Below, in pieces: positions 24,701 through 37,312 of a stretch of 64,000 bases of DNA (position 1 is the first letter of the stretch; every line of letters starts with the position of its first letter). The stretch covers positions 61,938,001 to 62,002,000 of the forward strand of contig CM059430.1 in assembly GCA_030390025.1 (NCBI GenBank), given 5' to 3'. Made by a program: the position numbers and the translations under genes. The DNA is from Squalus acanthias (lineage: Eukaryota). The notes beneath the pieces are model-generated. The model was not told the DNA's origin. It saw nothing but the letters and a program-made list of their open reading frames with translations, and made no database searches.

Positions 24701-26136
24701 GGCCCATCGTCCCAGCGTCCTGGCGCCGCCGGGTATTCGACATTCTTCACAACCTCTCCCACCCCGGCGCCTGCGCATCCATCAAATTAGCCAACCGCTT
24801 TGTCTGGCGCGGCATTCACAAGGATGTGCTTACTTGGGCCAACTCCTGCCGAGCCTGCCAACGGGCCAAGGTACAGCAACACTGGAAAGCACCCCTCGAG
24901 GAGTTTACCGTCCCCTCGCTGAGATTCGACCACATCCACGTGGACATCGTCGGGCCCCTGCCGCCGTCTCAAGGCCACATGCACTTGCTGACGATCGTTG
25001 ACCACACCATGCGCTGGCCCGAGGCAATTCCACTGACCTCTACCACCACCGCCGACATCGCCAGAGCCTTCATCAGCACCTGGGTCGCAGGGTTCGGCGT
25101 CCCCTCCGACATGACGTCGGACAGAGGTCCGCAGTTTACCTCTGAACTCTGGACCGCCGTCACACGCAATCTCGGAGTGACCATTCACCGCACCACAGCA
25201 TACCACCCCCAAGCCAATGGACTGTGTGAGCGGTTGCACAGATCCTTGAAGGCAGCTCTTCGAGCCAGCCTCCAGGACGGCGCCTGGACCGACCGACTTC
25301 CGTGGGTCCTCCTCAGCCTGCGCACCGCGGTTGAAGAAGACCTCCATGCATCGGCAGCAGAGCTCATGTACGGTCAGCCGCTGCGCTTACCTGGCGAGTT
25401 CCTGCGCACCGCCACGACACCCTGGTCAGCCGACCTGCAATGCCATGACTTCGCCTCACCGGCGCTGCAGTTCGCCCCGGTGCCCATTGCCTGACACGGT
25501 GAATCCACCTCACATGTCCCACTAAGCCTGCACCAGGCACGGTTCATTTTCGTCCGGCACGACGCCCACCGCGGACCACTTCAACGCCCTTAAGACGGGC
25601 CCTACAAGGTACTACAGGCTGGGGACAAATTTTTCACCCTGCAAGTGGGCGACAGGACCAAAAAAGTGTCGGTTGACCGACTCAAGCCAGCACACTCGGA
25701 GCCCGGTGAGCAGGTCCCTGTAGCGCGTCCACCACCACGTGGCCGATCTGCCCTCAAGCCGGTTCACCCGGCGGCTACACGCCCGGCCGTTCCACGACCA
25801 CCCATTCCTACAAGAGCCGCTCCGGCCGGCCCATCAGACCGCCGCACCGTCTCGTCCACACCTCCTAAGCGGATTCTGGGGGTAGCTGTGTGGCGGATTG
25901 CCACCTAAACTGGCATTATCCACTTTTCTGTCCGTGGACAATATATCGAGCACCTTGCCTTTAAGGCACCTTGCCTTTAAGGCAGGAGAGAAGAAGTGGG
26001 CGGAGCCTCAGGGATTTTCCAGAGAATTCTGGGAGCAGTCTCTTCAGCCATTTTGGACCATGCAGTTGTACTAAAAAGTCTCTGTTTTTCCACACATGCA
26101 TTCAGTCTTAATTCGTGTTTTGCGGCAGCCTCAACA
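21774..26136 (+). mobile_element. Full-length Gypsy LTR retrotransposon, CsRn1 lineage
   Basis: LTRs 21774-22019 and 25889-26136 (TG..CA; about 12 substitutions and one indel between them) with 4-bp TSD GTAT. PBS TGGTAACTCCGACG (tRNA-Trp-like); G-rich PPT at ~25878. Gag has the CHCC motif CYYH..CTPPC. Confidence 0.97.
22060..25908 (+). pseudogene. gag-pol polyprotein (Gag-PR-RT-RH-IN) in one frame with three nonsense codons
   Basis: ORFs starting at 22060, 23482 and 25645 share one frame. Motifs: PR CDTGA, RT YLDD, RH TDAS, IN HHCC and D,D,E core, GPY. Stops at 23440 (GD*RRLN, normally Tyr), 25492 and ~25591. No frameshifts. Confidence 0.95.
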
Positions 26137-26827
26137 GTATAATATATTTAGAAAAGATACTGTGCGAAAAAGCAGAGGTCGAGTGGCTATACTTATTAGA
26201 GTTAACATAATTACAGTGGACAAAAGTAATGCAGCCATCAGTAAGAAAGAACTAGAATCCACGTGGTTAGAGATAAGAGATAAAAAGAAGGATCAGTCAC
26301 ACTAACAGGTGTAGTCTGCAGATCACCTAATAGTGCAAGGGAGGTGTCGGAAGTAACATGCAAAAAATAGAGAAGTGAGTAACAAACAGAGAATAAGAAT
26401 CATGGGAGATTTCAACGACACTGAATTTAATTGACCAGAAGCGGTAGGTAAAGGGGACAAGGGAATGGAGTTCCTAAAATGAGTAAAGGAATCATTTGTA
26501 ACCGAGTATGAAAGAAGCCTAACAAGGGAAGATTCGCTATTGGATCGGGTAATGGGGAATGAATCAGAGCAGGTAAGTGATGGAAAATTTTGGAACATCT
26601 AGGCAATAGTGACCATAATATAATACGATTTGGAATAATAATTGAAAAGGAAATAAGCATGACAAATACCAGGGCAACCGATTGGAGAAAGGCTGATTTA
26701 GAGGGGCTGCGAATAGAACTTGGGAAAATAAAATGGACAACAATATCGGCAAACAATGATGTAGAACAGCGATGGGAAACATTTCAAACCGTGTTCAACA
26801 GGGCCCAGGAAAAATATTTTCCACTTT

Positions 26828-26830
<3 letters not shown>

Positions 26831-26859
<29 letters not shown>
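26831..26859. repeat. (AT)n microsatellite
   Basis: About 14 AT units, at an internal deletion junction of the host CR1. Confidence 0.95.
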
Positions 26860-26861
<2 letters not shown>

Positions 26862-28599
26862 AAAGCATTAGAGTGCAAATATACAGAGATTGTACTGATG
26901 CTTCATAATGGTCTATTCAGACCACACTTGGGCTACTCTTTACAATTGAGGAAAACATTCCACAAAAATAGGTACCTGCACTAGGCTAGGTGCAGTACAG
27001 ATTACGAAGGATGATTACAAGTATTAAGAAAAAACTAGAATAGCTCAAGCTCTCGGCTTGGAGAGAAGGAGAATATTTGGCATAGATAAGGTAAATTAGC
27101 AATTTTACTTATGAATTAATTCAGGCTAGTGAGGCCAGGTCAAATTCGGTTAAATTGGTGAAAAGTAATTGAAGATTAATGTTCCAAAAAATGTGGGCGG
27201 CGGCATATGTCCAGAGTATGCCACTGAACTGCAAAAAGTATATGCACCTATCTAATGTCGGGCTCACATGCGAAAACTTGCATTCTGACACTGTGAGTAG
27301 GAGGGCAGCGTAATGGCTCACGGATCCCAGGGTCACAGTCTGGGATCACGTGGGCTTGGTCTTATAATCAAAAAACAGAATTAGATTTTACACTTCAGAA
27401 AGGAATCCCGTAATCAGATTTAATGGAATCCTGTAATCACATTTAATTACAATTTACAGGATTGTAATTTAATTCTAATTAGCTTCATTCACCAACTTCA
27501 CTAAAAAAATAAGTTTGCTGATAATAATCATCGTCATCATTAAAACTCATATATTCAGAAACAAGTAAAACTCATTTGCCACAGTTAAACTATATGATTT
27601 CGAGATGAAAATGCTAAAAACATGCCCGAGGTTTCCTATTAAGCTGATGCAAACAGGCCCTGTACTTGTTTGTATCAACTGTAACATTTCCGTTTGCAAT
27701 TGCTCTGCAGTTGGTGGGCAAATAGCCGAACTCTGCACCAGCAATTGGTTTTTCTTGGGCCGGATGGCATGTCAACGTGTACATTGACAGACTGCAAGTT
27801 TGGGAATTAGCGTATGCGCAAGTGCATATGGAAATCCGAACTTGAGGTGGATTTCAAAGCAGATATGATGGCGGACTCTGAGAGTACTTTGCCATACCTC
27901 CCAACAAATCCCGACCAATATTTATTCTAAGCTTGATAAATTATTAGATAATTTACAAAGTTCACATGCAGATGGTAGGCTAGGCTGGATCAATATGGAC
28001 CATGATAGAGTGAGTTCGTTGCCTTTTCTTGATCTTGACTCTTATGGGATGTTTATGATAATAGTTCTATCCATATTAAGCCAAGCAAAAATTCGGATGG
28101 TTGGCACCTCCCTTTAGCACTCAGGCGCTAATGACATACCGCCTGAGTGCGGCAATTTTAGTGCCGCCCGTGAAATTGACCTGGTACTTTGCGGTGGTGC
28201 TAAACAATACCGCCAGAATCTCCTGCGGCCAGAGATCGTGACATCATCAACGTGCGCAATGCCCCGGTAGCGCCCCGGATAGGTAATTAATTGTCGACCC
28301 TTGCCTTAGCGTCTTCCACTAGGAACGACAGGTAGAGGGGGGCATTTTGCAGTCGGCTGGTAGCTGGGGAAGCGCTATTTAAAGGCCTGCGCTTCCTGCT
28401 TTTTCCTGTCGGCAAATATTCTGCATACGCAGGTTGAGAGAGGGAGATAGGCGTCTGAAGACATTTAACGTTGTCCTACAAGGAGTTTTGTTCCTCACCA
28501 TCATTTTTGCATCCGGGAGATCACAACTGCTCTATACAAAAGGAGAAGGGAGTACATCTCTGTCCACAAGACCTGAGACAAACAACATGAATGTATATG

Positions 28600-29280
28600 T
28601 GGCTTCACTAGGATAGCAGGCTTCCTCATAGTTCACAGCACCATTGACTGCTGGAACCTCATGAAAATGCAGAGCATTTCTGCAACCGCAAAGGCTTCCA
28701 CTCTCTCAATGTCCAGTTGGTTTGTGATTACAGACAGTGCATCCTCGCTGTCAATGCCCGCTATCCGGGCAGCAGCCACGATGGTTTCATCCTGCACCAG
28801 ACCGGTGTCCCAGATCTGTTCCAACCACCGCATCACCCTCGTGGCTGGCTCCTCGGGGACAAGGGTTATCCACACTGCACCTGGCTGATGACACCGCTCC
28901 GTAACCCCAACATTCTCGCTGAGCTCGCATATAATGAGAGCCAAAGCGCCACCAGGAACCTCATTGAACAGACGATCGGCGTCTTGAAGCAACGGTTCTG
29001 GTGTCTTGACCACTCTAGAGGAGCCCTGCATACTCCCCCAATCGAGTATTGTTTTTTATTGTTGTGTGCTGCATGCTTCACAACTTTACAATTATGAGGA
29101 CCAAGCCATTGCCACCAGGGATTGGTGCAACACCCCAGGAATAGGAAAAGGGAGAGGAGGAGGAGAAGGTGAAGGAAGAGGATGAAGAGGAGGATGAGCA
29201 GCAGCAACGTTAGAGGGAGGCGCTCAATGTTGCTTCTGCAAGAGCCGTTGGTGAATGCCTGATAGACACCTGCTTCAGAT
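28600..29280 (+). pseudogene. Harbinger DDE transposase, C-terminal half
   Basis: NRKGFHSLNVQLVCD..ARYPGSSHDGFIL..WLLGDKGYP..YNESQSATRNLIEQTIGVLKQRF, followed by an acidic tail. Confidence 0.9.
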
Positions 29281-29619
29281 GAATGACAGAGAAGATGGCT
29301 TTTGCGATGAACAAGCTATCATTACAAACACCCCACAGCCCATATTACCGGGCAGAGCTCCATTGAGTAAACTGAGCAAAGTTGTCAAATTTCAATAAAA
29401 AAATTTATTTTTCTAACAAACAGTGTCTAATTAAGCACAACCAATAACAAACAAACACAATTCATTATGTAACAAAACGGGTTCTTTCCATATCAAGATA
29501 AGCGTTAGCACAGTGAACAATATATTAACATAAACATCCAAATTTGGGACAAACATTCCCCCCATTTGTTTGAGAATTATTTGTTATTCGCCCTTCGAGG
29601 ATGATCTCCCTCCACTTCG

Positions 29620-31440
29620 CACATTCCCTCTTCCCAACCTACTGATCCTCCGTAATGTGGCCTCAGTGGCTGCAGCAAGGCTGGCAGAAGGTTGCTGAAT
29701 GTTGGATCACGAGACAGCAGCTGGCATTGAAGGACGCCCTCGACCAGCTCTGGGCCAGGAGGGCCCGGGTGCAGACTGCACCAACTCTGCATGGGTGACA
29801 GCAGTCTGGGCTGGCTGTGTTACAGGCTGTGGAAAGTGCAATGGCGGAGTGGCAGTGCTGGCAGCAGGAATGCTGTCATCCTGAGCGAGGACAGCCCCTT
29901 CCTGCTCGACCAACACACTGCCACTCCACCGGGGTGGTTCCTCAGTATCTGGAGCTATCTGCGCGAGCACAGATTGCTGGCCTGCTGCAGCACCGTGAGA
30001 TCCCCGGTGGAAGTATGCGACCCAGTGATGATAGCAGCAGTCAGCGCTTGCACGCCATCAATCTGAGACTGCATGAGAGCAGTCTGACATTGGATGACAC
30101 CAACCAATGACTCGATTCCAGCACTAAGTCGTTGCATTGCCTCGGCCAGTGCTGCAACAGATGCTGCCACCTCACCCATTACACATGATATGGTGTCTGG
30201 GTCCTCACGGTCTCTCTGAAATTCAACCATCCTCTGCAGTGAGGCAAGGATGGGTTCAAGGGTTTGCACACAGATGACAGCTGTGCTGGCGGCAGACTCC
30301 TCCATGCTCCTAGCCGGTGCATCCACGCTGTCAGGCACTCTTGCCATTGCACCCATGAGCTCCGTATACATGCTCTTTGCCTGAGTACACATCGCTGCTA
30401 TTTTGAGGTCCTCATCCGAGTCGTGTGCAGCAGAACTCGGGCGCACACTCACCCTCGGGGAGATGGCCCTCGAGCTTCCCTTCCTCCATGGCATTGCTGC
30501 ATCCCGCTGGGTCCCAGAGCTTCACCTAGATCAGATCCAAACCCTGCTCCCCTCCAGTGAACGCGTGGCCCCAGTGTCAGATGTCCCACCCTCGGGAGAT
30601 GCAGGCGGTGAGGCGTGGACTTCATGTTCCTTCTGATGCGTCACTGCCTCTGGGAGGCTGAGGGACAGGCTGGTCAGCAGAAAGGTACAAGAGTGGCTTT
30701 AACGTGAGGGCATGGGGGCAGGAGGGGAGTAAGAATGTGTAAAGGGCTGCTGTTGTGAAGGGGAAGGGGTAGGAGTGAGGAATGAAGCTGATGAACATAC
30801 CGTTGCTGTCCCCAATGGGTTCGACCTCTCTAGCAGCCACAGCGCTGATGACATGACTGGCGATGAGTCTGTGGACTCGCTCCTCCAGTTGTGTGAGGGG
30901 GTGCAGCTCCGCCTGTCCTCCTCCTGTGTGTTGTTGCTCTCTCCAGTTATGTGACAGTTGGCCTGCAAGAAAAAGGACAGCGTGTGAGTGAGTGTGCAGC
31001 CATGTGTTTGACAGATGTGCCTACGATAGTTGAATAGCCATTAATGTCTGCAAGTTTGGAATGTGAATGTGACTTTCATTAGATTTTCATAGTTGTTGGG
31101 TGAGTGTTACGGATTTGGGAATTTAATTTGTGTGTGCACAGAGTGAGGTTGAGATGGTGGGATGTAGAGGTTTTTCAAGCAGGTACACACCCTGATCACC
31201 TGAGTGAGGTCATTGAACTTCTTACGGCCCTGCGTCTGCGTCCTTTGGACCAGGCTCCTGGATGAAACGTGCTGGGCCACCTCCCTTCACACCCTTGTAA
31301 ACTCCCAGGGCAATGACCTCTTGCCAGTCTCTGGAAATAGCACTGCCAGTCGGCGTTCCACAGCGCCAACCAGAGCCACCAATTCATGGTCGCTAAACCA
31401 GCTCTCTCTCTCTCTGGGCCTCTGATTAGCGATCGTGAAT
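29620..31440 (-). pseudogene. Harbinger Myb/SANT-like DNA-binding gene (3 exons), decayed
   Basis: FSDHELVALVGAVERRLAVLFP..W and RKKFNDL motifs. Acceptor cttgcag|gcc at ~30963 and donor g|gtatgt at ~30800 match the intron positions of the copy at 52053. Confidence 0.75.
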
Positions 31441-32324
31441 CTTTGCTGAAGATTCTTACCTGCTTGCAGGCCGAGGTCAAACGTTGCAATGAGCAAGGTG
31501 TGGCTGTGCAGCAAGATGGACCCTGCCCTTTAAGAACTGGAAGGCGCCAGTCTGTCTGATTACAAGGTAATTGTCATTGCCTGAGCTTGAGTAGCGCTCT
31601 GAGGTAGCGCCTCATTCCCCAACGTTAGCGCCCTAAGAGTTGTGTTCCGCACCTGATTTGGTACGCAAATCACCTCCGGGGCGCTGGAGACAAATTTTGC
31701 AGTTGGCGGCGATAATTTGCACTGAGCTGAAAGTTTCTCCGGGCCGATATTAGCGCCCGAAAATGGGCGATACCGAATTTTCCTCCCGTGATTTGAAACA
31801 TTGGTTTTATGTGGAGTTTGGGAGCAGCAACGTGCCCCACATTACAAATAAACTCGAACATCTATTTAATGCATTTAGAGGGGTGAGCTAGGTTGGGCTC
31901 AGAGGCTTTTCTCATCCTTGACTTTCTTATATTTTCATGTAATATTTTGTATTTCTAGTAAGTTTCTTTATATTTGATGAATATTGAAAATTTCGTAGAA
32001 ACTTTGTCTGAAATGTAGAGGTGGGGAGGTCGGCTATCAAGGATCCGGTAGATTTTGAGGCATATGTATTATTTTTATAAGCATTGTATTGCTTTAAATT
32101 AGGTTGCACTGTGGTGGGCGTCCATGAATATTCAGTGCCATTGTTATTTAATTCGACACAGAGAATAAAATCAGATTGGGATTTGAAGTGTGTTCATGGA
32201 AATCACAGCCGAGTCTACCAGTAAATAACTAATGGAATTGTAAATTTTATCAAAAAGGATTAGAATATACAATAGTATAGAATATAAAATCCAAGAAGTC
32301 AAGTGGTCTCAGATAATGACGCAA

Positions 32325-33160
32325 TCCATGCCCAACTGCATCAAGACCGTGGACAACATTTAGGCTTGGGCTGATAAGTGGCAAGTAACATTTGCGCCAC
32401 ACAAAGTCCAGGCAATGACTATCTCCAAAAAGCGAGAGCCTAACCACCACCCCTTGACATGCAACAGCATTACCATCACCGATTCGCCACCATCAACATC
32501 TTGGGCGTCACCATTGAAATGAATCTTAACTGGACCAGCCACATAAATACTGTGGCAACAAGAGCGGGCCAGAGGCTGGGTATTGTGCAGCGAGTGTCTC
32601 ATCTCCTGACTCTCCAAAATCTTTCCACCATCTGCAAGGCACAAGTCAGGAGTCTAATGGAGTACTCTCCAATTGCCTGGATGAGTGCAACAACACTCAC
32701 GAAGCCCAAACCATCCAGGGCAAAGCAGCTCGCTTGATTGGCACTCATCCACCACCATAATCGTTCACTCCCTCCACCACTGGCACACCGTGGCTGCAGT
32801 GTGTACCATCTACAGATGAACTGCAGTAACTTGCCAAGGCTTCTTTGGCAGCACCTGCCAAACCCGCGAGCACTACCAGCTAGAAGGACAAGGGCAGCAG
32901 GCGCATGGAAACACCATCAGCTACAAGTTCCCCTCTAAGTTACACACCATCCTGACTTGGAAATATATCTCTGTTCCTTCATCGTTGCTGGGTCAAAATC
33001 CTGGAACTCCCTCCCTAACAGCACTGTGGGAGTACCTTCACCACACAGACAGCCGCGGTTCAAGAAGGCGGTTCACCACCAACTTTTCAAGGGCAATTCG
33101 AAATGAGTAATAAATGCTGACCTTGCCAGTGATGCGCACAACCCAGGAATGAATAAAAAA
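32325..33160 (+). mobile_element. LINE family B, 3' fragment
   Basis: Homologous to 4275-5110; ends gaatgaataaaaaaa. Confidence 0.9.
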
Positions 33161-34039
33161 ATATTATGCAAGGGTAGGACAGTGTAGATGGAAACCAAGT
33201 TTTTCCAGCAATAGTGTGTCAAGTATGAGAGGTCATAGCTATAAGATTAAATGCAAGAAATTTACAATAGTGGGCAAGATACACTTCTTTACACAGAGAG
33301 TCCTGAATCTGTGAGATTTATTTGCTGGGTTAGTTGTTAAGGCAGCAACTGTGTCCATATTCAAGATTAGATTGGATAGTTGGATGAAGGAAAATGGCAA
33401 GAATGGGCATGGGAATACGACGGGTAAATTTGCTCTCGTGGAAGGTAAATGCCGACTGGTACTAGAGACACGGCTAGTTCTGCTGCACTACAGCCGGGAT
33501 TTTGTCGGAATCCATAGCCTTTGCTGTATCCAGTCTTCTCTGGCTTTGCTTGATATAACGTGGGGTGAATCGACTTTGTGGAAGACATGCATCTGTGGTG
33601 GTCGGACCTCAAAAGGAGGCCGAGATGGATAAGCCACTCGGCACTTCTAGCTGGTAGGGCCACTTATTTCTATATATATGACCACTTATTTCTTTATATC
33701 TATCTATCTGTGGGTGAATAGATTTCTGAGTCATCTTGGCTTTAGAGAAAATGTAGCATCTTGAATCAACATGTCACCCTGCTGTGAATGGTGCACTTGC
33801 TTCTCTGATTCCGGTATATAAAACAGATAGGTTTAATCCCGAGTCTATCGCCGAGTTTAAGAACGGCACTGGTGTTACAATCGAGAAAAACACTGTGAAA
33901 CGGATAAGAACAGCAAATCTATGAAATGCGCGGCTGCTTGGTAGAATGAATTATGTCTGGAATTCATAATTTATGGACGTGAGGTACTTCAATTGAACTA
34001 CTAGTGTCGTTTACAATTGCCGGCTGTAAACTATGTGGG

Positions 34040-35245
34040 GGCCTTCCATGTCCATCACTAAGTGTGGCTCGGTGACACCACTACTGACCGAGCTGGCCGT
34101 GTCCTGAAGGACGTAACTGCCAGACTGGGCTTGTGGCAGGTGGTGAGTAAATCGGCGCCCGGGAAAAAGCTAGTTGAGCTCATCCTTACCAATCTAACGG
34201 TCGCAGATGCATCATGACAGTACTGTTAGGAGTGACCACTGCACAATCATTCAGGAAACAAATTCCCGTCTTCAAACTGAGCACACCCTCCTTCGTTTGG
34301 TGTGGTTCTAGCGACTTGGTAAATGGGACAGATTCAGAACAGATCTAGCAGCTCAAATGTGGGCATCAATGAGGTGATTCGGGCCATCAGCAGTAACAGA
34401 AAGGCATAACCTTTACTCTACGATTGCCATCAAGACTGGCAACCCTCGCAGGTTAAACGAGGCGTGTAAAAGAGCATGCCAGGAGCAGTACCAGGCGTAA
34501 AAACAGAAAATGCTGGCAATACTCAGCAGGTCAGGCAACATCTGTGGAGAGAGAAACGGAGTTAACGTTCAGTCTGTTTCTCTCTCCACAGATGCTGCCT
34601 GACCTGCTGAGTATTTCCAGCATTTTCTGTTTTTATTTCAGATTTCCTGCATCCGCAGTATTTTGCTTATGTAGCAGTACCAGGCGTACCTGAAAATGAG
34701 CGGCCAACCTGGTGAACCTACAACACCGTACTACATACATGCTAAACAGTGGAAACAGCAAGCTCTAGACAGAGCCAAGCGAACCCACTACCAATGGATC
34801 AGATCCATGCTCTGTAGTCCTGCCACATCCAGTCGCGAATCGTGGGGGACAATTAAATAACTAACTGGAGGAGGAGGCTTGATGATCATCCCCATCTTCA
34901 ATTATGGTGGAAGCCAGCCATTGAGTGCAAAAATCAAGGCTGAGGGTTCCGACAATATCCCAGCAGTAGTGCTGCAGAGCTAGATGTGCCTCTAGCCAAG
35001 CTGTTCCAGTACAGCTACAACACTGGCATCTACCAGTGGAACATCTGCCTGGGTACATCCTGTCCACAAAAAGCAGGACAAATAGCATCCAGCCAATTAC
35101 CGTCCCATCCACCTACTCGCAATCATCAGTAAAGTGGTGGAAGGTGTCGTCGACAGTGCTATCAAGTGGCACTTACTCACCAATGTGTGGCACTACCACC
35201 GTGCTAAATGGAATTGCTTCAGAACAAATCTAGCACTAGAGCCAG
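34040..35245 (+). mobile_element. LINE family B, internal fragment with deletions
   Basis: Homologous to about 2690-3860. A short out-of-order piece lies at 35183-35238. Confidence 0.8.
34500..34672. mobile_element. 173-bp Penelope-type hairpin insertion with 16-bp TSD
   Basis: Arms 34500-34557 and 34576-34633 are near-perfect reverse complements. AGCAGTACCAGGCGTA is duplicated at 34484-34499 and 34673-34688. Confidence 0.88.
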
Positions 35246-35404
35246 GAAAGCTCCTTTATTGTTTCTTAACTCCAACCAAATAGATTCTGTAACCAAATAA
35301 TGTTGACATTTGACACAGCCGTGCACAACTGACAGTTTGGAACACCATGTGATCAATATTACCGTATTGCAGTATATTAAATAAACCCGAGTGTCAGGGG
35401 TATC

Positions 35405-37312
35405 CCGCCCAATCTCCAAACTCCCTTTCCTCTCCAAAATCCTTGAATGTGCTGTAGCCTTCCAAATCCTTGCCCACCTTTCAGCGAACTCCATGTTTGA
35501 ATCCCTCCAATCAGGTGTCCACCTCTGCCACAGTACCGAAACGGCTCTTATCAAAGTCACAAATGACATTCTATGTGACTATGAAAGAGATAAACTGTCC
35601 CTCCTTGTCCTTCTCTTGTGCACCAGTCGCTGAAGGTAAGCATGCAGGTGCAGCAGGCGATTAAGAAGGCAAATGGTATGTTGGCCTTCATCGCGAGAGG
35701 ATTCGAGTACAGGAGCAAGGATGTCTTGCTGCAGTTATACAACGCCTTGGTGAGACCACACCTTGAGTATTGTGTGCAGTTTTGGTCGCCTTATCTGAGG
35801 AAGGATGTTCTTGCCATGGAGGGAGTGCAGCGAAGATTCACCAGACTGATACCTGGGATGGCAGAAATGACGTATGAAGAGAGATTGGGTCGATTAGGCT
35901 TATATTCGCTAGAGTTTAGAAGAATGAGAGGGGATCTCATTGAAACTTATAAAATTCTAACAGGACTAGACAGACTAGATGCAGGAAGTATTTTTCCGAT
36001 GGTGGGGGAGTCCAGAACCAGAGGTCACAGTCTAAGGATAAGGTGTAAGCCATTTAGGACTGAGATGAGGAGGAATTTCTTCACCGCGAGAGTGGTGAAC
36101 CTATGCAATTCTCTACCACAGAAGGCAGTTGATGCCAATTAATTAAATATATTCAAGAAGGCGATAGATATATTTCTTAAGGCTAAAGAGATCAAGGGAT
36201 ATGGGGAGAAAGCAAGGACAGGGTACTGAATTTGGATGATCAGCCATGATCTCATTAAATGACGGAGCAGGCTCGAGGGGCCGAATGGCCTAGTCCTGCT
36301 CGTATCTTCTATGCTTCTATGCTTCGGCCTGTCTGCAGTCTTTGACATGGTTGTCCACACCATCCTCCTCCAACGCCTCTCCACCGTTGCTCAGCTGGGT
36401 GGGAATGCACTCGTCTGGTTCCATTCTTTCTATCCAGTCATAGACAGACAATCACCTGCAATGTCTTATATTCCCGCTCCCACACCATTATCTCTGGTGT
36501 CCCCCAGGGATCTATTCTTGGCCGCCTCCTATTTCTCACGTACATGCTGCTCCTTGGCAATATCATCCACAGATGTACGCTAACGACACCTGGCTCTACC
36601 TCACCACAACCTCTAAATTGACACACTGCTTGTCCAACATTCCGCATTCGATGAGCAGAAATTACCTCCAACTAAATGTTGGGAATACCAAAGCCATTGC
36701 CTTTGCTCCCCGCCACAAGCTCTGTTCCCTAGCCATCGAATCCATCCCTCTCCCTGGCAACTGCCTGACGCTGAACCTGACGTTCGCAACCTTGTTGTCA
36801 TATTTGACCCTGAGATGATCTTCCGAACACATATTTGAACTCACTCCTGGCCCGCCTCACACTTTCTACCCATGGAAAATTGAGTTTATCCAAAAATCTG
36901 GTGCCCGTGTCCTAACTCGCACCAAGTCCCGTTCATCCATTACCCTTGTGCTTACTGACCTACATTCGCTCCCGGTTAAGCAAAACCTCCATTTAAACAA
37001 TCTCATCCTTGATTTCTAATCCCTCCATGGTCGCGTTCCTCCAATTCTGGCCTCTTGAGCATCCTCGAATTTAATCGCTCCACCATTGGCGATCGTGCCT
37101 TCACCTGCCAAGGCCGTAAGCTCTGGAATTCCCTCACTAAACCTTTCCGGGTATTTACCTCTCTTTCCTCCTTTAAGACGATCCTTATCTGCCCTAATAT
37201 CTCTTTATGTGCCTCTTGTCAAATTGTCAAATTTGTTTTATAACGATACTGTGAAGCGACTTGAGACGTTTTACTACGTTAAAGGAGCTCTATAAATAAA
37301 AGTTGTTGATGT
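35405..37312 (+). mobile_element. L2 LINE (RT region and 3' end), interrupted by a CR1
   Basis: RPISKLPFLSKILE..QSG..HSTETALIKVTND resumes as LSAVFDMV after 36320; MYANDT motif; (gtt)n tail. Confidence 0.9.
35617..36320 (+). mobile_element. Young CR1 3' fragment nested in the L2
   Basis: Uninterrupted 174-codon ORF2 C-terminus. Same subfamily as rc 7191-7880. Confidence 0.93.

Larger units (their letters stand above)
19275..27100 (+). mobile_element. Old CR1 LINE retaining 5' UTR repeats, ORF1 and the APE start; split by two MITEs and a Gypsy element
   Basis: gagagcggg.gctgagataaagcg repeats at 19275-19340. ORF1 zinc finger (CRDCGMW..ICRIC) at ~19795 and SGNH esterase (VVIVDSIIRG..HLPGARV..IHVGTN) at ~20190-20470. 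APE start (LYSNAHSARNK) at ~21640 resumes as YNIFRKD after 26140. Confidence 0.85.
28085..31787. mobile_element. PIF/Harbinger DNA transposon 1 (transposase +, Myb/SANT gene -), decayed
   Basis: Right TIR ccgaattttcctccc; left end degenerate (aaaattcgg). Two convergent genes; collinear with the reverse complement of 51713-56040. Confidence 0.88.
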
